64,000 nt of DNA, taken from NCBI GenBank assembly GCA_021780195.1, contig JAJXZE010000004.1:1584-65583 (forward strand), read 5' to 3'. Shown one piece after another: positions 58,668 through 64,000 of this stretch. This stretch comes from a bacterium. Its GTDB lineage: Bacteria > Patescibacteriota > Minisyncoccia > UBA6257 > 2-01-FULL-56-20. A program made the position numbers and the translations under genes. Below the pieces are notes generated by a model, which had not been told where the DNA came from, did no database searches, and saw only the letters and a list, made by a program, of their open reading frames with translations. Numbering within the stretch: the first letter of the stretch is position 1; each line of letters opens with the position of its first letter.

Positions 58668-59159
58668 CTATGTGGGGCAAATCGAACCGCCCCCGAAAAA
58701 TCCCCCCACGCCGGTGATCCCGATCGCCTGAACGAACGTGTTGATGATGAGATATGATCCGAGAATGAGCGCGATCCCGATCACGGTTCCCGTAAGAAGT
58801 TTTTTCGCTTTACTGAGCATTTCAGGATTCGGACCGGCGAGCATGATCATCACTCCGCCCGCCACCGCGAAAATCGGCGCAAGTGCGAAAATGCAGATCG
58901 TCATCGCAAAATAGATGATGTTGATCGCGGTCTTCACGAGATCGCAAAGATTGGTGCAGGTAGTTCCCGGATGCGGCTGTGGCACCCCGCTCGCGTCAAA
59001 AGTATACGGATTCCCCGTGCACGAGAGCAATCCTCCCTGGCCCCAATAGCCGGTCGGCCACAGCTGCGGCTGGGTCCACGTGGAAGCGGCGAGCGCCGGT
59101 GCATAGGGGACAAGAAGCGCCGCGGCCGCGAGTAACGCGAGGATTATTTTTTTGGTCAT
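58668..59159 (-). CDS. Pilin-like small secreted protein (paralog 5; loop MLAGPNPEMLSKAKK)
   Basis: MTKKIILALLAAAALLVPYAPALA signal; Cys pair; two hydrophobic helices; ATG overlaps the upstream stop (ATGA); the 424-aa track ORF is a spurious extension. Confidence 0.55.
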   Translation of the reverse strand: MTKKIILALLAAAALLVPYAPALAASTWTQPQLWPTGYWGQGGLLSCTGNPYTFDASGVPQPHPGTTCTNLCDLVKTAINIIYFAMTICIFALAPIFAVAGGVMIMLAGPNPEMLSKAKKLLTGTVIGIALILGSYLIINTFVQAIGITGVGGFFGGGSICPT

Positions 59160-60457
59160 TGGGCTGATAGATAGAGTGCGGTGATCGATGACTGGGCGAT
59201 TCCGAGCGCGGTCGCGGGATCGGTCGCGCCGCTCGCGGCGCTCCGGATCGCGGCGTCGAACGCGGCCTGCACCTTCGCATCGTCCGGTTCGTGCCACGAC
59301 TTCGACGTCAGGGCCTGCGAGGCGAAGACCGCAAGATTCGGATCCGTGAGATCGGCCGCGATGTCCGTCCGAAGGGCCGGCGGCTTTCCGGAGGCCTCTT
59401 GATATATTGTCCCGTTCCCCGGCGTCGTCGTCAAATAGAGGATGAAACTCCAGGCGGCCGAGACCTGTCCGGCCTTCGCGGCGACAAAGCCGTCGTACTT
59501 CGGATAATTCACCGCGACCGTCGCGCCCGTCGCCTGCGGCATCGGCGCCACCCCGAAGTTCAAGAAGGGCGCCTTCGCTTTGATGGCCGCGAGATCCGCC
59601 TGATAGGCGAAGATAACCGCCACCTTCCCGGCGACGAAATCCGCCGTGGAATCCCCCATGCCGTCGCTCCAGGTGTAATACGGCGAACCGGCATTCGCAA
59701 ACTGGAGATAGAAATTGAACGCGGCAATGCCGGGGGCGGCGTTCGCGGTCGACGCGAAGGTCGCCGCCGTGACCGCGTCGTTCGTCATCGGGGTCCCGTT
59801 CTGGAGCATGAGAAGCGAGAGCAGGTCCGGCGCGTTTGCGATGCTCGCGGTCGATCCGCCGATCGCGGCGGCGGCCTGCGTGAGCTGGCCCTGCGCATTC
59901 ACCTGCCGGAGCTTCGCGATGTCGGCGTCGAACCCATCCCACGTCTTCGGCGGCACCGCAATCCCCGCCGAATTGAAAAGGTCCTTGTTATACACCATTG
60001 CGAGCGTATCGATCGAAAGAGGGAGCCCGTAGATGGAGCTCGTCCCCGCCGAGAAATCCTGCGCCACGACGTCGGGAAAATCGTTCTGCAGGGTCAGCAT
60101 GTTGAAGTTCGCGGCGTAGGCCGCGGGGAGCGGCGCGAGGACCGCCTGCATTTTCGGAAGGTCGCGGTTGCTCATCTCGAACACGTCCGGCCCCGTTCCC
60201 GCCGCGAGCGCGGAAAGAAGATCGGCGTCGTAGGTCGCGGGGTCTTTCTGGACGTAGGTCACCGTCGCATACGGGAACGCGGAGAAGATATTCTTGAAAT
60301 TATTCGCATCCTCCGTCCCCCACACGGTGAGCTTGATCGACGACTGGTTCGTGGCCGCCGGCCGGAGATTCATAAAGATGAGCGCGCCGATCACGACGAC
60401 GAGCACGACGCCCGCAATGATGATCACGGCCTGTTTCTTCGATAACGTGGTAGGCAT
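59156..60457 (-). CDS. ABC transporter extracellular solute-binding protein (family 1, carbohydrate-type)
   Basis: N-terminal signal anchor; 433 aa; TVWGTEDANNF... and conserved SBP_bac_1-like spacing. Confidence 0.8.
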   Translation of the reverse strand: MPTTLSKKQAVIIIAGVVLVVVIGALIFMNLRPAATNQSSIKLTVWGTEDANNFKNIFSAFPYATVTYVQKDPATYDADLLSALAAGTGPDVFEMSNRDLPKMQAVLAPLPAAYAANFNMLTLQNDFPDVVAQDFSAGTSSIYGLPLSIDTLAMVYNKDLFNSAGIAVPPKTWDGFDADIAKLRQVNAQGQLTQAAAAIGGSTASIANAPDLLSLLMLQNGTPMTNDAVTAATFASTANAAPGIAAFNFYLQFANAGSPYYTWSDGMGDSTADFVAGKVAVIFAYQADLAAIKAKAPFLNFGVAPMPQATGATVAVNYPKYDGFVAAKAGQVSAAWSFILYLTTTPGNGTIYQEASGKPPALRTDIAADLTDPNLAVFASQALTSKSWHEPDDAKVQAAFDAAIRSAASGATDPATALGIAQSSITALYLSAQ

Positions 60458-60460
60458 GGA

Positions 60461-62896
60461 CTATATCACCACCGTTCCCGCCAGCCGGTCGCCCGGCTTG
60501 AGATTCATGATGCGCACGCCCTGCGCCGAGCGGCCCGTCGTGCGGACCGTTTCGATCTCCGTGCGGATCATCTGCCCCTTCGCGGAGAGCGCGAAGATCT
60601 CCTTCTCCTCCGTCACCACGTGTGCCGAGACCAGCGGCCCCGTCTTCGCGGTGATCTCCGCCGTCTTGATGCCGGATCCGCCGCGGCTCTGCTTCTTGTA
60701 TTCTTTGAGCGGCGTCTGCTTGGCGAATCCGTGTTCCATGACGGCGAGCAATTTCGCGTCCCCCTCTCCCACTATTATATCAAAGCCCGCCACCTCGTCG
60801 TTCTGTTTCTTGAGCTTGATCGCGCGCACGCCCGCCGCGCCGCGGCCCATCGGCCGCACCTGCTTCTCGTCGAAGCGGATCGACTGCCCCTCGCGCGTCG
60901 CGAGCATTACCTGCTCCGTGCCGCTCGTGAGCTTGGCCCACTTGAGCTGGTCGCCTTTCTTGAGCGAGATCGCAATGATGCCCGTCCGGCGGATGTTCGC
61001 GAAGTCGCCGATCAGCGTCTTCTTGATCATCCCCTTCTTCGTCGCGAGCATCAGGTATTTCTTGCCGCCCTTCGCGGAATCCTTCTCCGAATAGTTCACG
61101 ATCGCGCTCACCGTTTCGTCCGACGGGAGCTCAAGGAAGTTCTGGATCGCGCGGCCCTTCGAGGTGCGCGTCGCCTGCGGGATCTCGTACACCTTCGTCT
61201 GGAACACGCGGCCGCGGTTCGTGAAGAAGAGCACGTTGTCGTGCGTCTCCGCGCTGAAGAAGTGCGAAAGGAAATCCTCGTCCGCAACCTCGGAGCCGAT
61301 GAGTCCCTTGCCGCCGCGCTTCTGCACCTTGAAGGTGTCCGGTGGAAGACGCTTGATGTAGCCGCCGCCCGACACCGTGACGATCGCGCCCTCGTTCGGG
61401 ATCAGGTCCTCGTCCGCCACCGCCGCGGGCGCGTGCGCGACGACGCGCGTCCGGCGCTCATCGCCGTATTTCTCGCCGAGCTCCTTCACTTCGTCCTTGA
61501 TGATCTTCAATATCTTTGCCGGACTCTTGAGGATGAGCCGCAGTTCCTCGATCAGGGCCTTCTTCTCTTTGAGTTCCGCCTCGATCTTTTCGCGCTCGAG
61601 CGCGGCCAAGGTCTGGAGGCGCATCTCGAGGATCGCCGTCGCCTGGACGTCGGAGAATTTGAAGCCCCGCACCAGGTTCACGTGCGCGTCGTCCTTGTCC
61701 TTCGACTTCTTGATCGTCGCGATCACGCGGTCGATCGCGTCGAGCGCCTTCGCGAGCCCCTCGAGGATGTGCGCGCGCTCCTCCGCTTTCCGGAGGTCGA
61801 ACTGCGTGCGGCGGCGGACCACTTCCTTCCGGTGCGCCAGATACTCTTCGAGGACGTCCCTCAGGGTGAGGAGGCGCGGCACGAGGCCGTTTTCGACGAG
61901 CGCGATCATGTTCATGTTGAAATTCTTTTCGAGGTCCGTGTGCCGGTAGAGCCAGTTCAGCACCCGCTGGGGCGCAACGTCGTTCTTGAGCTCGACCACG
62001 ATGCGCATGCCTTCGCGGTCCGATTCGTCGCGCAGGTCGCGGATGCCCTCGATCTTCTTCTCCTGAGCAAGCTCGGCGATCGTCTTGATGAGCTCCGCCT
62101 TGTTCACCTGGTACGGGATCTCCGTGACCACGATGTCGAACTGCTTCCCTCCCTTCTTCTCCACGATCTCCGCCTTCGCGCGCGTGAGGATCGCGCCGCG
62201 GCCCGTGACGTACGCTTCCTTGATCACCTTCGCGTCGTAGATGATCCCGCCCGTCGGGAAATCGGGGCCCTTCACGAACTCGGCGAGGTCCTCACTGGTC
62301 GCGTCCGGATTATCCGCAAGGTGGAGAATGGCGGCCGTGAGCTCCGTCAGGTTGTGCGTCGGAATGGAGGTCGCCATGCCGACCGCGATCCCGATCGCGC
62401 CGTTCAGGAGGAGGTTCGGGAGCTTGGCGGGGAGCACCTTCGGTTCCTCGCGGGTCGCGTCGTAGTTCGGCATCCAGTCGACCGTCTCTTTCTCGATATC
62501 GCGGAGCATCTCCTCCGCAATCTTCGAAAGCTTCGCCTCGGTGTACCGGTACGCCGCCGGCGAGTCGCCGTCGACCGAACCGAAGTTGCCCTGCCCCTGC
62601 ACCAGTTCGTAGCGGAGCGAGAAGTTCTGCGCCATGCGCACCATGGCGTCGTAGACCGACTGGTCGCCGTGCGGGTGGTAGCGGGCCAAGACCTGACCGA
62701 TCACGTTCGCCGATTTACGGAATTTCGAGGATGCCGTGAGTCCGCTGTCCCACATGTCCCAGAGGATGCGGCGGTGCACCGGCTTCATGCCGTCGCGGAC
62801 GTCGGGGAGCGCGCGGGCAACGATCGTCGAAATCGCGTAGTCAAGATACGCTTCGCCGAGTTCTTTGGTGATCTCTCTTTTTTCAGGGATAGGCAT
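60461..62896 (-). CDS. gyrA: DNA gyrase subunit A
   Basis: N-terminus AYLDYAISTIVARALPDVRDGMKPVHRRILW, active-site region AAYRYTEAKL, C-terminal beta-pinwheel repeats. Confidence 0.9.
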   Translation of the reverse strand: MPIPEKREITKELGEAYLDYAISTIVARALPDVRDGMKPVHRRILWDMWDSGLTASSKFRKSANVIGQVLARYHPHGDQSVYDAMVRMAQNFSLRYELVQGQGNFGSVDGDSPAAYRYTEAKLSKIAEEMLRDIEKETVDWMPNYDATREEPKVLPAKLPNLLLNGAIGIAVGMATSIPTHNLTELTAAILHLADNPDATSEDLAEFVKGPDFPTGGIIYDAKVIKEAYVTGRGAILTRAKAEIVEKKGGKQFDIVVTEIPYQVNKAELIKTIAELAQEKKIEGIRDLRDESDREGMRIVVELKNDVAPQRVLNWLYRHTDLEKNFNMNMIALVENGLVPRLLTLRDVLEEYLAHRKEVVRRRTQFDLRKAEERAHILEGLAKALDAIDRVIATIKKSKDKDDAHVNLVRGFKFSDVQATAILEMRLQTLAALEREKIEAELKEKKALIEELRLILKSPAKILKIIKDEVKELGEKYGDERRTRVVAHAPAAVADEDLIPNEGAIVTVSGGGYIKRLPPDTFKVQKRGGKGLIGSEVADEDFLSHFFSAETHDNVLFFTNRGRVFQTKVYEIPQATRTSKGRAIQNFLELPSDETVSAIVNYSEKDSAKGGKKYLMLATKKGMIKKTLIGDFANIRRTGIIAISLKKGDQLKWAKLTSGTEQVMLATREGQSIRFDEKQVRPMGRGAAGVRAIKLKKQNDEVAGFDIIVGEGDAKLLAVMEHGFAKQTPLKEYKKQSRGGSGIKTAEITAKTGPLVSAHVVTEEKEIFALSAKGQMIRTEIETVRTTGRSAQGVRIMNLKPGDRLAGTVVI

Positions 62897-62928
62897 GAAA
62901 TGTAGTTGCGGCGGCCATCATGGCGGCG

Positions 62929-63381
62929 CTATGGCGTCGGTTTCACTATATATTGCCGCGGCGATTGGAAGATTCCCGCGAACCAGCGGGCGAAACCAAC
63001 AACTCTCTCGCCGAGACCCGCGGTGCCCGCCTTGAAGCGCGCCCAGAAACCGGGACCCTCCGGAGCGGCCGCGGTCGTGCTGAGCGCGGGTATGGGTACG
63101 CTCGAGGGTGCGGGTGCAGGTTCCGCCGCGGCCGGGGCGGCGTTCGGCACGGCGCCCGACGCCGTGCCCGCATCGGCCGCACCGGCTATACCGGTCGCGC
63201 TTCCCGCGCCCGGATCTTGCACGGCCGTCATCTGCGGCACGCTTGCGATAATGCCGTTGAAATACATGAGCCAGAGATAGAATACCACCGCCATGATCAC
63301 TGCCGCGGACACGATGAGCACTTTTGTTTTCGTGCCCTCATCGAGCGTTTGAAGCATTCCGAAAAATCCTTTGATATCCAT
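62929..63381 (-). CDS. Hypothetical membrane protein (one TM, Ala/Pro-rich)
   Basis: ORF; start at MDIKGFFGML. Confidence 0.4.
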   Translation of the reverse strand: MDIKGFFGMLQTLDEGTKTKVLIVSAAVIMAVVFYLWLMYFNGIIASVPQMTAVQDPGAGSATGIAGAADAGTASGAVPNAAPAAAEPAPAPSSVPIPALSTTAAAPEGPGFWARFKAGTAGLGERVVGFARWFAGIFQSPRQYIVKPTP

Positions 63382-63400
63382 GTCGGTTTCAGTTTTGGCC

Positions 63401-63979
63401 TCAGTTCTGCGCCGCAAGCACGACGACGCGGCCCTTGTCGGTGATGATATCCTTCTGTTTGAAAACGAATTTGTCCGCGGTCTCCGCTTTTTTCCCGAGC
63501 GCCTTCAGAAATTCCTCAGGATCCTTGAAGAGCGAAGGGATCACGACCCGCGCCTCGAGCTGTTTCGCGATCTTCGCCGCGACTTCCGGTTCTAGATAGT
63601 GCCCTCCGCCGACGGGGATGAACAGCAGGTCCGGCTCCGCGAATTCCTCCATGAGCGAGGCATCCATGGGCTTTGAGAGATGGCCGAGAAACACGAACTT
63701 CATCCCTTCCCACAAGACCGCGTACGCGGTCTTCAAAAACTTCTCCGTCGATTCCGCGGCGACGGCACGCCCTGCAACCTCGATTCCTTTCACTTCGTAT
63801 TCGCCCGCGAACGCGACAAGCGCCGCGTCATCGCCGTCGCCCGCGGCGGCGCCCTCGGTTGCGGTCAGGGTCTTTAAAGTGAGATCCGCTTTCAGCCGGT
63901 GGTTCTCCGGATCAACCAAAATCGAGGTCTCGCCGCTTTGCAATCGAAAGCAGCCGTTCCCGAAATAATTGACGATCAT
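63401..63979 (-). CDS. MBL-fold-like protein lacking the canonical HxHxDH metal motif
   Basis: YFGNGCFRLQSGETSILVDPE resembles the N-terminal strand of UPF0173-type MBL hydrolases, but no His cluster is visible. Confidence 0.4.
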   Translation of the reverse strand: MIVNYFGNGCFRLQSGETSILVDPENHRLKADLTLKTLTATEGAAAGDGDDAALVAFAGEYEVKGIEVAGRAVAAESTEKFLKTAYAVLWEGMKFVFLGHLSKPMDASLMEEFAEPDLLFIPVGGGHYLEPEVAAKIAKQLEARVVIPSLFKDPEEFLKALGKKAETADKFVFKQKDIITDKGRVVVLAAQN

Positions 63980-64000
63980 ATGGACTGATTTTATCAAAAA

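Noticed and set aside
59160-59942. 424-aa version of the ORF ending at 58668 (also similar 5' extensions on 8855-9793, 41528-42769, 5010-7334, 50495-50902)
   Set aside because: The upstream portions are Arg/Gly-rich nonsense overlapping the solute-binding protein gene in another frame. The real genes start at internal Met codons with recognisable N-termini.

Overview
The window is a high-GC (about 65-68%) bacterial chromosomal segment whose gene content and order resemble a high-GC member of the CPR/Patescibacteria (Parcubacteria-like). I cannot confirm the lineage from sequence alone.

Core genes present:
- Cell wall, translation and DNA metabolism: murD (5' truncated at the window edge), gatC-gatA, ligA, ftsK, recA, gyrA, a Xer tyrosine recombinase.
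- Chaperone, protease and RNA turnover: clpB, an HtrA-type protease, an rpsO - NYN-domain gene - pnp operon, a cysteine desulfurase, hup (HU).
- Regulation: a sensor kinase / response regulator pair and an ECF sigma factor with an anti-sigma-like partner.

The largest coherent unit is a minus-strand competence-type type IV pilus locus (about 7.2-17.6 kb): pilM-N-O, pilB, pilT, pilC, a major pilin, prepilin peptidase pilD and three pseudopilins, with no secretin. comFC lies divergently, and recA is elsewhere in the window.

Four tRNAs are present: Asp-GTC, Arg-GCG, Gly-GCC and Leu-TAG.

Several lower-GC accessory segments stand out:
- An inter-tRNA segment (19.2-19.6 kb) with a near-consensus promoter, a 10-codon micro-ORF and an intrinsic terminator.
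- A roughly 2 kb island (24.6-26.7 kb) carrying a COG1373/DUF4143 AAA+ ATPase plus a repeat-rich non-coding stretch.
- A DUF2283 / four-helix-bundle (Avd/IVS-protein family) gene fused to a DeoR-type HTH (31.8-32.7 kb), flanked by palindromic TTGCCGGAT repeat arrays.
- An island beside xerC and tRNA-Leu (51.9-59.2 kb) carrying an SPFH protein, three membrane proteins, and a tandem array of five VirB2/TrbC-like 'T4SS pilin' paralogs, one with a Cys-rich C-terminal domain.

No CRISPR array, reverse transcriptase, transposase or obvious prophage structural gene was seen.

The many long antisense ORFs in the six-frame track are the usual high-GC artefacts. Coordinates I derived (gene starts, tRNAs, hairpins) may be off by 1-2 nt.
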